Source: a virus. From it: DNA of 64,000 nt. Position numbers and translations under genes: made by a program. Below are positions 47,878 to 56,983 of the stretch, piece after piece (the first letter of the stretch is position 1; each line of letters opens with the position of its first letter). Under the pieces are notes generated by a model. It did no database searches. It saw only the letters and a program-made list of their open reading frames with translations, and was not told the DNA's origin. The stretch is from the IMG/VR virus record IMGVR_UViG_3300045051_000987, positions 1 to 64,000 of that record; one strand, written 5' to 3'.

Positions 47878-48572
47878 CGGGCCGTCCATCGAGGCACGCC
47901 GGTGTCGCTTCCCTTGCCGCGATCGGCGAGACCGAGGCTCGCGAGCTTGCCGAGGATGTCGAGCACGCGTCCGGGGCTGATCGCCGTCGCGAGCGATGCC
48001 CCCTTGTTCAGCCGTGAGGCGAGGTCATGAGCTCCCGAGACCTCTCCCGCGGCCTTGAGCGCATCGAAGACGCGTTGCTCGCTCTTCGAGAGCTTCTTCG
48101 CGAGCGGCTTGGGCTCGGCCTTCGGTTCTTCCTCCTCGTCAGGCGTCGACGGCTTGGGTTGTCGGAGGAGCTTGTTGAGCCGCCCACGTCCGATCTCGAG
48201 CACGTCGGCCGCGTCCTGACGGCTCATGCTCTGCTCGACCACAAGCTCGTGCGCGACGCGTCGCATACGGCTCTCTTCGGCCTCGATCGCGAAGCGGAGA
48301 TCCATCGTGGCTCTGTGAGCCTCCGACACGAGCTTCCCGACCGGCCCGCCCGACATGACCTGCACGAAGAACGTGAAGGGCTCCTTCTCGTCGAGACGGA
48401 TGGCGTCACGAAGAGCATCGAGCACTTCGGCGAGCGTGCGGCCGCGCGCGCCCGGTCGGAGGAGCTTCGGATCCATGTCTCGAGGCGAGCCGCGCCACGG
48501 GTAGTGAAGATCGACGTCCGGCTCGTAGTAGACGCCGATCCTGTACTCCTTGAGCTTCTTCTTCGGCTTCAT
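47874..48572 (-). CDS. HicB-like protein with HTH domains
   Basis: ARGRTLAEVLDALRDAI, then MSRQDAADVLEIGRGRLNKLL, then winged-helix-like C-terminus. Confidence 0.55.
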   Translation of the reverse strand: MKPKKKLKEYRIGVYYEPDVDLHYPWRGSPRDMDPKLLRPGARGRTLAEVLDALRDAIRLDEKEPFTFFVQVMSGGPVGKLVSEAHRATMDLRFAIEAEESRMRRVAHELVVEQSMSRQDAADVLEIGRGRLNKLLRQPKPSTPDEEEEPKAEPKPLAKKLSKSEQRVFDALKAAGEVSGAHDLASRLNKGASLATAISPGRVLDILGKLASLGLADRGKGSDTGVPRWTAR

Positions 48573-48575
48573 CGA

Positions 48576-48923
48576 TCACCATCCCGGCGGGACGATGCCC
48601 CGCAGACCGCACGTGAGACAGTCGTTGAGGTTGCTGTTCTCGCTGTTCGGGACCGTGCTGCGGTGCTCGCAGCACTTCTGGCATGGCCGGTCCGTGTTCA
48701 CCTTCGAGGCGACTGAGACGCCCTTCGCGACACGTCGAGCGAGATCGAGGCGCGAGACGAATGCAGCGAGGTCGACGGCCGCGTGCGCTACCTGCTGAGC
48801 TGCGTACGGGCCGGGAGGCGACCGATCGGCGAGCGTGAGCTCGAGGCCTCGCACGAGAGCCTTGAGGTGGCTCAGGCGCTCAGCGACGCGCTTCTCTTCG
48901 GTCTCGAGCATGACGGTGCTCAT
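48576..48923 (-). CDS. Hypothetical protein with zinc ribbon
   Basis: CQKC...CLTCG; ATGA overlap. Confidence 0.55.
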   Translation of the reverse strand: MSTVMLETEEKRVAERLSHLKALVRGLELTLADRSPPGPYAAQQVAHAAVDLAAFVSRLDLARRVAKGVSVASKVNTDRPCQKCCEHRSTVPNSENSNLNDCLTCGLRGIVPPGW

Positions 48924-49564
48924 GACCGCGGTTCGTCCTTCCAAGGATCGAGACCCACGCGGAGCGTGATCCTCTCCGCGGGCGTGATCATGTCGAGCAC
49001 GTCGGGGATCAGGAACCTCGGGAGCGATTCGCCGCTCACGACTTCGATCATGCGTCGGCGCGTGAAGACGCACGCACGACGGACGATCTCACGCACGAGC
49101 GCAGCTCGCTCCTTCTCGACCGGCGAGGGATCGACGACGAGCGGGCGCCCGTTGTCGGTCATCTTGAGGTCGGGGAACTGCTCGGCGATGTCGCCCGCAG
49201 CGATGCCGGCGACGTGCCTGCACAGTCCCATCGCGCTGAGCTCTTCGGGGAAGGGGCCGAAGACCTTGAACGCCGCCATCCCACCCGCGAGACCGAGCTC
49301 GGGAGGTCCGACGCTCGCCGAGCCGCGCACCATGACCGTGACCTCGTAGTAGCCACCATGCGCGAGCTCCTCGAGATCGACGGGCTGCTCGGGCTCGAAG
49401 TCGACCTTCGCCGTGCGCGCGCTGTCCCTCGCCGACATGAGCGACGTGCGTGCGTTCGCGAGGTGCGCGTGGAGGGCCTGTCGAGCGCTCAGCGGTTCCG
49501 CTCCGCTGAGAAGATCGATCATCTCGTTGAGCTGCTCGATCATGCCTTCGATGTGCTTGCTCAT
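48920..49564 (-). CDS. Hypothetical protein
   Basis: 214 aa, coupled both sides. Confidence 0.65.
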   Translation of the reverse strand: MSKHIEGMIEQLNEMIDLLSGAEPLSARQALHAHLANARTSLMSARDSARTAKVDFEPEQPVDLEELAHGGYYEVTVMVRGSASVGPPELGLAGGMAAFKVFGPFPEELSAMGLCRHVAGIAAGDIAEQFPDLKMTDNGRPLVVDPSPVEKERAALVREIVRRACVFTRRRMIEVVSGESLPRFLIPDVLDMITPAERITLRVGLDPWKDEPRS

Positions 49565-51111
49565 CGCGTGATCCCCGAGATGCGACGCTGAGCTTCGTTG
49601 ATCCGCTCACGAGCATCCTCGAGCAGACGGTGTCGCATGACGTCGGCCTCGGTGAGGAAGTTGAGCCAGTTGCGCTGTCCGGCGTCCGTCGAGAGCACGA
49701 CGCACGGGGGCTCGCTGCGATGGATCTGCGAGAAGAACGCGCCGGTCACGCGGAGCCGTTCCTTCACAGCTCGCGGGTCGAGCTCCGCGCGTGCACGCCA
49801 TTCCTCACGAAGGGCGATCTGTTCCTCGACCACGATGCGATCGGCCACGCACAGATCGGTGAACGCCGCCGCCGCGCTGTCGATCACCGTCATCGGGAGC
49901 TTGTACGTCATCGGGTCCCCACCACGTCGGCCATGTCGGGGAGCCGATCGAGGCTTCCCATGCCGATCCACCACGTCGCGCACGATGCGCTCGATCACGC
50001 TTCCCTGCGTGGCGAACGGCGGTGCGAACTTCCACGTGTCGTGCGTGGGGGAGATGGAGCCCGCGATGTCACCGGGGCGGAGTGCATCGGCCTGCTCGCG
50101 CGGGTGTGCACGCATCCGAGCAAGAGTCTCCTCCTCGACGGGTGCTCGCGCTGCATCACGCGCACCGCGGAAGTCGTTCTCGAGCTGATCGGCGAGCACC
50201 TTGAGTCGACGATCGATGAATGCCTTGAAGTCCTCATCGCTCGGAAGGCCCGCCGCTGCGCGCTCCTTGTCCTTCGCCACGATCGCGCGCGCCTGACGGA
50301 CGATGCTCTCGGCATGGTCGGGCCCGTTGCCCTTCGCGCGGAGGTTCGGGAAAAGCTCGACGAGGAAGCGACCGAAGATCTCGCCCACGGCCTGACGCTC
50401 GTCGAGGCCTCGACGCATGCCGCGGAGATGAGCGATCACGTTCGAGATCGGTGCGGGGTGATCGGCGAAGCCCTCACACTTGATCACGAGCCCGAGCTCG
50501 GTGCACACGGCCTCGTAGTCCGCGCACTCGTCGCGCAGCGGGCTCGCCTTCGTCGTGCCCTCGGCCCTGAGCTTCTCGATGCGCTTGCACACACGCAACA
50601 CCGCCTGCTCGGCCGCGACCTCCCTGAACGTGACGAACTGCACGAGCGCGTGCGTCTCGTCTTCGTCGAGCACGTAGGAGCCTTCGAGGCACGACGTGCG
50701 AACGAGGTCTTCGAGATCGCTGATCGCAGCGGACACGTCCGGGTGCTTCCCGGCGTGCATGTTGAGCTGATAGAGCGCATCGCGAATGCGCTTCTCCGCG
50801 TTCGTCGCGATCGGCGTCGGGATGCTCGACTCGGACACGCCGTCGACGACCTTCACGAAGGTCACGGTCGGATCGCCGAGGTCGTTCTCCTTCATGTCGG
50901 CGTTGGGCCCGTAGAACGTCGTCAGCGTCCCTCGCTGATGGCACTTCGGACAGTGGTCGTTGTCGTCGGGGTCGTACGCGCGCTGCTCCTCAGCGGTGAA
51001 GGTCTCGTCGCATTCGATGCAGCCTTCGACGTGCGCGAGCGCGACGAGGATCCGGTTTCCGAGCGCAGCGCGCTGCTCGGCGGTGAGCGTGATCTCGAGG
51101 GGCTTCGTCAT
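49561..51111 (-). CDS. Hypothetical protein with N-terminal zinc ribbon
   Basis: 516 aa; CIEC...CPKC. Confidence 0.65.
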   Translation of the reverse strand: MTKPLEITLTAEQRAALGNRILVALAHVEGCIECDETFTAEEQRAYDPDDNDHCPKCHQRGTLTTFYGPNADMKENDLGDPTVTFVKVVDGVSESSIPTPIATNAEKRIRDALYQLNMHAGKHPDVSAAISDLEDLVRTSCLEGSYVLDEDETHALVQFVTFREVAAEQAVLRVCKRIEKLRAEGTTKASPLRDECADYEAVCTELGLVIKCEGFADHPAPISNVIAHLRGMRRGLDERQAVGEIFGRFLVELFPNLRAKGNGPDHAESIVRQARAIVAKDKERAAAGLPSDEDFKAFIDRRLKVLADQLENDFRGARDAARAPVEEETLARMRAHPREQADALRPGDIAGSISPTHDTWKFAPPFATQGSVIERIVRDVVDRHGKPRSAPRHGRRGGDPMTYKLPMTVIDSAAAAFTDLCVADRIVVEEQIALREEWRARAELDPRAVKERLRVTGAFFSQIHRSEPPCVVLSTDAGQRNWLNFLTEADVMRHRLLEDARERINEAQRRISGITR

Positions 51112-51117
51112 GCCGGC

Positions 51118-51127
51118 ATCATGCCGC
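51118..51127 (-). promoter_or_regulatory. Class M motif, 6 nt before ATG 51111
   Basis: GCGGCATGAT. Confidence 0.7.
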
Positions 51128-51133
51128 CGGTGA

Positions 51134-51307
51134 TCATCGACTCTTCGGGTAGCGCTTCCCTGTCGGGTTCGGCTGCTTCGAGAGCTTCGCGATCTCCTTG
51201 CGCACCTTCGCGACGCGCTGCGCGCTCGCGGGCGTCCTCGGCGCTTCCTCGAGCTTCTCGAGCTCGGAGCGGAGCTCAGCCATCGTCATGAACTTCGGGT
51301 TCGTCAT
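51134..51307 (-). CDS. Small basic protein
   Basis: MTNPKFMTMAELRSELEKL; ATGA overlap. Confidence 0.55.
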   Translation of the reverse strand: MTNPKFMTMAELRSELEKLEEAPRTPASAQRVAKVRKEIAKLSKQPNPTGKRYPKSR

Positions 51308-51654
51308 GTGCCTCGGATGAGGTGCTCGATGTCGGTGCTCACCGCGTGGTGTCGACGGGCGCCCACGCGCGCGACGAGTAGCTTCGAGGCCTCGACGGGA
51401 TCGGGATGCGCGAGGCACCACGCCACCGCACGGCGCGCGAGAGCTGTCCCACCGTCCTCATGAAGCGCCGTCGTCTGAAAGACGGCCGTGAGCACCGCGC
51501 ACACGTGATCGGGCGCGGGATGCTCGTGCACGAGGAGCGTGGCGCCGGGATGCATGATGTCGGCGACCTCTCGAGGAGGAACGGCCGGCGTGCGGTGCTC
51601 CTTCACGAGGATCCGCCGGAGCTCGCGCCGCTCCATGCGCGACCACACCTTCAC
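51304..51654 (-). CDS. Hypothetical protein
   Basis: 116 aa, coupled. Confidence 0.55.
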   Translation of the reverse strand: MKVWSRMERRELRRILVKEHRTPAVPPREVADIMHPGATLLVHEHPAPDHVCAVLTAVFQTTALHEDGGTALARRAVAWCLAHPDPVEASKLLVARVGARRHHAVSTDIEHLIRGT

Positions 51655-51848
51655 GTGTCCTCGGGATCACGACGTTCCTTCCACACGATCGTGAGCTCGA
51701 GGACATGCCCGGAATCGATGCGCTCGTCGATCTGCAAGCCACTCGTCGGGATCTGCTTCTCCGGATACCGCGCGCGGATCGCGTCGAGGATGTCTGACCG
51801 CGTGAGGATGACGCGGTTCGTCACTTCGACCTGCTTCTCGTGCTTCAT
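51651..51848 (-). CDS. Hypothetical protein
   Basis: 65 aa, AAGGAG SD. Confidence 0.6.
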   Translation of the reverse strand: MKHEKQVEVTNRVILTRSDILDAIRARYPEKQIPTSGLQIDERIDSGHVLELTIVWKERRDPEDT

Positions 51849-52171
51849 CGCTCCTTGGGCTTTCCGATCAAGTTGCCGTCGACGTCGACGAACTCGATCC
51901 GTTTGTAGAGGGTCTCGCAGACCTCGTGCCCACGTTCGTCGAGGTGCACGGGGCCGTACTCGCAGAGCAGCCAGACGGCTTCATCCGGCATCATGTGCGG
52001 ATGGTGGATGCCGTCGTGACGGAGCCATCGCTTGCCGGGCCTGACGTCCGACGGATGGCTCGCCGAGTACTCGCGGAGCTCCGCCTTGAGCTTGAAGAAC
52101 TCCGCATGCGTCATGCGCACCGGGATGTTCCGCAGCGTGTCGAAGCCTCGCATGGTGATCGTCTGCGTCAT
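51845..52171 (-). CDS. Hypothetical protein
   Basis: ATGA overlap; EYSASHPS....GKRW. Confidence 0.6.
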   Translation of the reverse strand: MTQTITMRGFDTLRNIPVRMTHAEFFKLKAELREYSASHPSDVRPGKRWLRHDGIHHPHMMPDEAVWLLCEYGPVHLDERGHEVCETLYKRIEFVDVDGNLIGKPKER

Positions 52172-52527
52172 CCGTGTGCGTCTCCCGCGAGGTCGAGAAG
52201 TCGATCGAGCTCTTGCAGCGCACCGAAGGGACCTTCGGCATCGCCCCGCGAGCATCCGAGCTTGTCGAGGATCTCGTTGAGGAGCCGTCGATCCTCGCTC
52301 TCGACGGTCTCCTTCAAGTCGGCGCCTTCGCGGATCCGCTTCTGACACGAGGAGCAGATCACGACGCTCAGCATGCCCGCCCGATAGAGGTTCGCGTGAC
52401 CGACCATCGTGTTCTTCACCTCGAGCTGATCGACCTGCTCGTTCGTCAGGAAGAAGCCCGCTTCGGAAGTCGGCTCGCCGGTCGTGCTCACCACACCCCG
52501 ACATCGGATGCAGACCGCGCGGCTCAC
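52168..52527 (-). CDS. Hypothetical protein with CxxC pairs
   Basis: GTGA overlap; CIRC and CSSC. Confidence 0.55.
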   Translation of the reverse strand: MSRAVCIRCRGVVSTTGEPTSEAGFFLTNEQVDQLEVKNTMVGHANLYRAGMLSVVICSSCQKRIREGADLKETVESEDRRLLNEILDKLGCSRGDAEGPFGALQELDRLLDLAGDAHG

Positions 52528-52934
52528 TTCGGCAGCTCCGACGGCCACCTCACGACCTCGATCTGTTCGAGGTTCGCGTCGACGAGGAGCAAGCGCTCCA
52601 TGAGCAAGCCGTCGGTCAACGCGTTCACGCTCAACGGGAGGTAGCGCCGGATCGACGTGAGCTTGAAGTGAAAGAGAAGCGCTCGATCACCGCGGCTCTC
52701 ACGCACGACGACCTCTAGATACCGCTCGAAGGCGAACTTCTCCGAGAGCCACGTCTCGAGGCCCCCCTTCTCGTCGAGACAGTACGCGCGCGAGATCACG
52801 AGACCTTGCGGCGTCGATTCGACCGAGGCTACCGAGAACCATTCGGCGTCGTCGCGTTCGGGGAAGGGACAGCGGAGAGCGAAGGCGAACGTGCCGAAAG
52901 TCGTGCTGTGCTGGAGCGGGGCTGCGGGGATCAT
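52524..52934 (-). CDS. Hypothetical protein, possibly a diverged tail-tube-like fold
   Basis: AAGGAGG SD; weak colinear similarity to 7589-8065. Confidence 0.55.
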   Translation of the reverse strand: MIPAAPLQHSTTFGTFAFALRCPFPERDDAEWFSVASVESTPQGLVISRAYCLDEKGGLETWLSEKFAFERYLEVVVRESRGDRALLFHFKLTSIRRYLPLSVNALTDGLLMERLLLVDANLEQIEVVRWPSELPK

Positions 52935-52953
52935 GGGTGGCCTCCTTGGGGCG

Positions 52954-52971
52954 TGTTCACCCGGGTGAACA
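52954..52971. repeat. 18-bp palindrome copy 11 (between class M motif and SD)
   Basis: TGTTCACCCGGGTGAACA. Confidence 0.95.
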
Positions 52972-52993
52972 CCGGGCGTCGTCGTCAGCTCCC

Positions 52994-53003
52994 ATCATGC
53001 CGC
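52994..53003 (-). promoter_or_regulatory. Class M motif with long leader
   Basis: GCGGCATGAT. Confidence 0.6.
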
Positions 53004-53004
53004 C

Positions 53005-53418
53005 TCACCTGATCCGGATCCGCTCGCCGGTCGGGAGCACCTCGAAGATCATCGCGGCCGCGTACTTCGATCGCTTCTTCCGCGTGGTGGTGCTCTGCGC
53101 CGAACGCACACGGGCCGTCCACTTCGCACGGCGGAGCTTGCCGCTCGGTCGATCGGGCCCGCGAGCGATCCACGTCTGACCCGCTTCGCTCTTGAGCCAC
53201 GCGAGGAAGACCTCGAGAGGGAGGTCCGACTTCGTGTTGTTGCAGGGGTGGCACGCGATCACGACCTTGCTCCCGCCGCGCGACTTCGGCTCGACGTGAT
53301 CGAGCGTGGCCTCCTCGCGGAGGAGCGGATCACCGCAGTACGTGCACGGCACCGTTGGTTCGGGTGCGTCAGCGTGCCTTCGACGCTCACGCGTGAAGAT
53401 GGCGTCTCGTCGGGTCAT
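53005..53418 (-). CDS. HNH endonuclease
   Basis: CTYCG...TLDHVEPKSRGG...ACHPCNNTK. Confidence 0.9.
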   Translation of the reverse strand: MTRRDAIFTRERRRHADAPEPTVPCTYCGDPLLREEATLDHVEPKSRGGSKVVIACHPCNNTKSDLPLEVFLAWLKSEAGQTWIARGPDRPSGKLRRAKWTARVRSAQSTTTRKKRSKYAAAMIFEVLPTGERIRIR

Positions 53419-53429
53419 GTCTCACAGGC

Positions 53430-53789
53430 TCACAGTGTGGTGTCCTTCCGGAGCTTGATCAGCCGATGGGTGCGCGCGAACGCGCCGAGCGTGAGGTTCC
53501 GATCGACGCCCTGCGCGTGGCGGAGGTGCACGAGGAGCTCGGAGGCCTTCCACTCCTCGGCGCCATCGAGCTTCACGAAGGTCACGGCGCCGAGCGTCGC
53601 GCGCGGTGAGCGCGGATCGCGCACCGTCCACACCGAGCCTTCGAGGAAGGCCGAGAGGTCGTCCATCGTCACCGCGAAGGCGTCTCCCCACTCCCACGAG
53701 CCCGGGATCTCGTCACCGAGCTCAGCGGGGACGGCGAACGGATCCGCGGATGCGAGGAGGGCCTCGACCTGTTCCTCGAGCGTAGGCAT
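53430..53789 (-). CDS. Hypothetical protein
   Basis: 119 aa, TGATG overlap. Confidence 0.55.
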   Translation of the reverse strand: MPTLEEQVEALLASADPFAVPAELGDEIPGSWEWGDAFAVTMDDLSAFLEGSVWTVRDPRSPRATLGAVTFVKLDGAEEWKASELLVHLRHAQGVDRNLTLGAFARTHRLIKLRKDTTL

Positions 53790-55336
53790 CACCCGGTGAA
53801 CCGCTTGAAGAACGCGACCACGCGATCACGCGTGCGTCCGCGCTGGTAGGTCTGCGGCTCGAAGTCGGCGAGCGTCCTCGCGTCGAGCTCACGCGCGCGC
53901 CGGGTGTTCTCGTGGTTGAGGATGTCCATCACCTCGCCCGCTTCCCCGCGCACGTCCGGGCGGCTCTCTCGGAGCTGCGCGGTCGCCATGCCGAGCACGT
54001 GCTCGAACCGCTTGTGCGCGAGCATCTTCGGATCGAGGACACGCCACGTCTCGAGCACGCCATCGCTCACGAAGCGCGAGTCGAGGTCATCGAAGCCGTC
54101 GGGCTTCACGCGGACGCAGCGCCACCCCACGAGGTCTGACTGCGTCTGCTTCTCGATGAGCTTCACAGTCGTGCCCGAGATCGACTGACGCACCTGACCG
54201 CGCTCGAGCGGCTCGCGGTTCCGAGGATCGATGCTCTGATCGATCGCGTTCCACAGCTCGTCTCGAGCAGGGTCGCCCCATCGCTCGGCGATGTTCGCGC
54301 GGATGCGCGTGAGCTGCTTCTCGAGCTCTTCGAGCGCTTCGTCGAACGTGCGGTGCGGCTGAGGGCCGAACGCTTCGACCATGATCGAGAGGAGCCGCTT
54401 CCGAAGCGTGTCGAGCCGTTCGCCGAGGTCGAAGTGCTCGTGCGTGAAGATGCGCTCGATCACGTGCTGCATGGTGTCGCCGCTCGCACCCGCGGCGCGG
54501 AGGTGGTGCACCGCTGCGAAGTAGAGCCGCGTGCGGAGGTTCTCGATTGTCGGCTTCTCGACGATGGTCCCCTTCGGGAGCTTGATCTTGATCGTCGCGA
54601 AGATCCCGTCGCGCGTCGATCGCTCGATCTGCACGTCCTCGACGAGCTCGGCGTTCGGCGCCATCACGTAGCCGAAGACGTCGACCGTCGACGTGTGGAG
54701 CACCTCACCGACGCGCGCGCCGGCCTCGCCGACGGGCGTGACGTGGATCTTTCGCTCGACCGTGCGGAGCTGCTCGTCGAGCGCCGGTGCTGGCTCGGTG
54801 TTCCCGAGCACGAACGCATCGCGCACCTTCGATGCGACCGCGGCCGCGCCGATGAGTGCTTCGCTGAGCACGACGACGGGCCTACCGGGGGTCGCGTGTC
54901 CGCTCTCGTAGAAGAGGCGCATCTCGTTCGCCCACGTCGAGAGCGTGCGCATCTCCTCGCGCGTGATGGTGAAGGTCTCTTCGTCCCTGCTCAGCATGAT
55001 CTCTGCTCCTCTCACGAACTGCTCGAGCAGCTCGGGCCATCCTTCGACGTCGGCGTGCCCCGTCTCGATCGCGCTCACGTCCGCGATGCTCAGATCGAGG
55101 ATGTAGGCCACCTCGCTCAGCTTGAGCTCGCGCTCGCGACGAAGGCGCCGGAAGCGTTCACCACGCTCGCGGAGCACCTCGCTCGGCTCCTCGAACGTCA
55201 TGACCTCGCCGATGCCGCACGGGAGCTCCTCGGCCGCCGCTTGGCACGGGCCGGAGCCATCGGGACCGCAGCACGTGCGCGTCACGAAGCTGCGCGTCGA
55301 TCCGGTGGGCTTGGCCCTCTTGATCTTGAACGCCAT
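53789..55336 (-). CDS. Xre-type HTH domain-containing protein
   Basis: GERFRRLRRERELKLSEVAYILDLSIADVSAIETG. Confidence 0.7.
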   Translation of the reverse strand: MAFKIKRAKPTGSTRSFVTRTCCGPDGSGPCQAAAEELPCGIGEVMTFEEPSEVLRERGERFRRLRRERELKLSEVAYILDLSIADVSAIETGHADVEGWPELLEQFVRGAEIMLSRDEETFTITREEMRTLSTWANEMRLFYESGHATPGRPVVVLSEALIGAAAVASKVRDAFVLGNTEPAPALDEQLRTVERKIHVTPVGEAGARVGEVLHTSTVDVFGYVMAPNAELVEDVQIERSTRDGIFATIKIKLPKGTIVEKPTIENLRTRLYFAAVHHLRAAGASGDTMQHVIERIFTHEHFDLGERLDTLRKRLLSIMVEAFGPQPHRTFDEALEELEKQLTRIRANIAERWGDPARDELWNAIDQSIDPRNREPLERGQVRQSISGTTVKLIEKQTQSDLVGWRCVRVKPDGFDDLDSRFVSDGVLETWRVLDPKMLAHKRFEHVLGMATAQLRESRPDVRGEAGEVMDILNHENTRRARELDARTLADFEPQTYQRGRTRDRVVAFFKRFTG

Positions 55337-55338
55337 CG

Positions 55339-55854
55339 TCAGCTCGCCATCGCTGCGAGAATGCGACCAAGGCTCTCGCGCGCTGCTTCGAGACGCGTGC
55401 GGAGCATCGCGAGGGCTTCACGTCGCGCCGCCTGTTCGGTCTTCGCCACAAGGCTCTCGCAGCGCGGCTTGCCGTTCTCGAAGACCACGAACCAGTCACC
55501 GTCGTCGTGACCGATCGTCATGTGGTCGACGTCGCCCACCGCGAAGCGACTGTGCAGCGCACCGAACTGCACGCGCTCCCACTTCGCGACAAGAGGCTCG
55601 ACGATGCCCCAGCCGTCCGCGTTGAAGTCGACCACGCCACGACGGCGGAGCTCCTCGAGCACGCTCAGCGTGAGACGCGGCGAAAGCGTGCCCGACGTCG
55701 TCTTCGCAGGCGTCCACTTGGCGACCTCGCGAGCGGTCTTCACACGAGGGAATCGCGTGATGTTCGGCGCGCTGCACATCGCATGACGTCGAAGGGCATC
55801 GATCACCCGCTCTTCGATCGCGGTGAACGGCTTCTTGGGGTTGGGCTTCGCCAC
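55339..55854 (-). CDS. Putative winged-helix DNA-binding protein
   Basis: ERVIDALRR...TAREVA...VLEELRRRGVV; GTG start 55854. Confidence 0.5.
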   Translation of the reverse strand: MAKPNPKKPFTAIEERVIDALRRHAMCSAPNITRFPRVKTAREVAKWTPAKTTSGTLSPRLTLSVLEELRRRGVVDFNADGWGIVEPLVAKWERVQFGALHSRFAVGDVDHMTIGHDDGDWFVVFENGKPRCESLVAKTEQAARREALAMLRTRLEAARESLGRILAAMAS

Positions 55855-55860
55855 GGACCC

Positions 55861-55870
55861 ATCATGCCGC
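55861..55870 (-). promoter_or_regulatory. Class M motif, 6 nt before GTG 55854
   Basis: GCGGCATGAT. Confidence 0.7.
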
Positions 55871-55874
55871 CTGC

Positions 55875-56132
55875 TCATTGCAGGCCTGGCCGCGTGACAG
55901 CCGACGTGAGGATGAAGCGCTCGCGGATCGTCGACTCACGCACGCGCGTCTCGCGCCCGGTCTCGAGGTTCTTCACGCGCCACACGCGGAGCGGGCCCTT
56001 CACGCGCGCGTCGACGGGCTCGAAGAGGATGATCTTCCGCGTCTCGCGCTCGTCGCGCGGTCGCAGGATGTCGCCCGCGGTGAAGTCACGCATGAGCGTC
56101 TCGCGATGGATGTTCGGCTTCGGCCTCTTCAT
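55875..56132 (-). CDS. Hypothetical protein
   Basis: ATGA overlap. Confidence 0.55.
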   Translation of the reverse strand: MKRPKPNIHRETLMRDFTAGDILRPRDERETRKIILFEPVDARVKGPLRVWRVKNLETGRETRVRESTIRERFILTSAVTRPGLQ

Positions 56133-56962
56133 CGTCGGAATGCCTTCCTCGCGTCGGCGATCGCGTTGTTGAGCTCGACCATCGCCTCGTGCGATCCGCC
56201 CGGCCGATCGGGATGACGCTCGAGCGTGAGCTTCTTGTAGACGGCCTCGGCCGCTGCGATGTCGACGGGGTTGTTGAGGATCTCGCGCCACTTCTCCGAG
56301 ATGGGGCGCGTCGGGCGAGGAGGGATCCCGCTCTGACCGAAGCCACGTCGGAACGCGTTGAAGAAGTCCTCGAAGCCCTCGAACACCTCAGCCGTGGCCT
56401 TGCGTGCCTGCTCGCGCTCCCACGCCTGACGCTGTCGGCGCTGGTTCTCTTCGGCGCGACGGTCCGCGGCTTCCGCTTCCTGACGCTCTCGTCGCTCGCG
56501 CACCTCGCGATCGTTCGGATCGGGTGCGTCGACGTGACCGAAGCCTTCCTCGACGTGCTGCGATCGAGGCTGCTGTCGCACGCGCTGCCCCACGGTCTTC
56601 TTCCAACCACCGAAGGGCTGTCCTTCGACCTCGACCGTGAAGTTGATCGGGGTCTCTTCGTAGCGCGCGGCCTCCCGAACGCGCGCCTCTTCGGATCGCT
56701 GAGCGCTTCCCTTTTCGTCGACGAAGTCGCAATCGTCGTACTCGAAACGCAGCTCCATGCGCCCGGCGTAGATGCCCTGATCAGCTGTCGGGATCCGGTG
56801 CTGCTTCGCGTCGGCCTTCGAGATCCAGCATCCGCGGTAGATGCGCGACCGACCCTGATCGTCGATCACCTCGATGTCCATCTTCTCGATGTCGTGTGGT
56901 CCACGAGGGAGCCGGAACACGACGCGCGGCGTCGGCCGCTGTGCGGGGCGCTTGGCTGTCAC
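56129..56962 (-). CDS. Protein with C-terminal J-domain (HPD)
   Basis: YKKLTLERHPDRPGGSHEAMVELNNA. Confidence 0.75.
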   Translation of the reverse strand: MTAKRPAQRPTPRVVFRLPRGPHDIEKMDIEVIDDQGRSRIYRGCWISKADAKQHRIPTADQGIYAGRMELRFEYDDCDFVDEKGSAQRSEEARVREAARYEETPINFTVEVEGQPFGGWKKTVGQRVRQQPRSQHVEEGFGHVDAPDPNDREVRERRERQEAEAADRRAEENQRRQRQAWEREQARKATAEVFEGFEDFFNAFRRGFGQSGIPPRPTRPISEKWREILNNPVDIAAAEAVYKKLTLERHPDRPGGSHEAMVELNNAIADARKAFRR

Positions 56963-56968
56963 GTCGGC

Positions 56969-56978
56969 ATCATGCCGC
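56969..56978 (-). promoter_or_regulatory. Class M motif, 6 nt before GTG 56962
   Basis: GCGGCATGAT. Confidence 0.7.
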
Positions 56979-56983
56979 GACGC

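Noticed and set aside
49561-51111. Two fused genes (internal GGDP-MTYKL looks like a second start)
   Set aside because: No stop or frameshift visible; cannot be resolved without homologues.
53788-53802. Degenerate palindrome-like TCACCCGGTGAAC, and half-sites near 12532 and 48694
   Set aside because: Shortened or half matches; not counted among the 13 copies.
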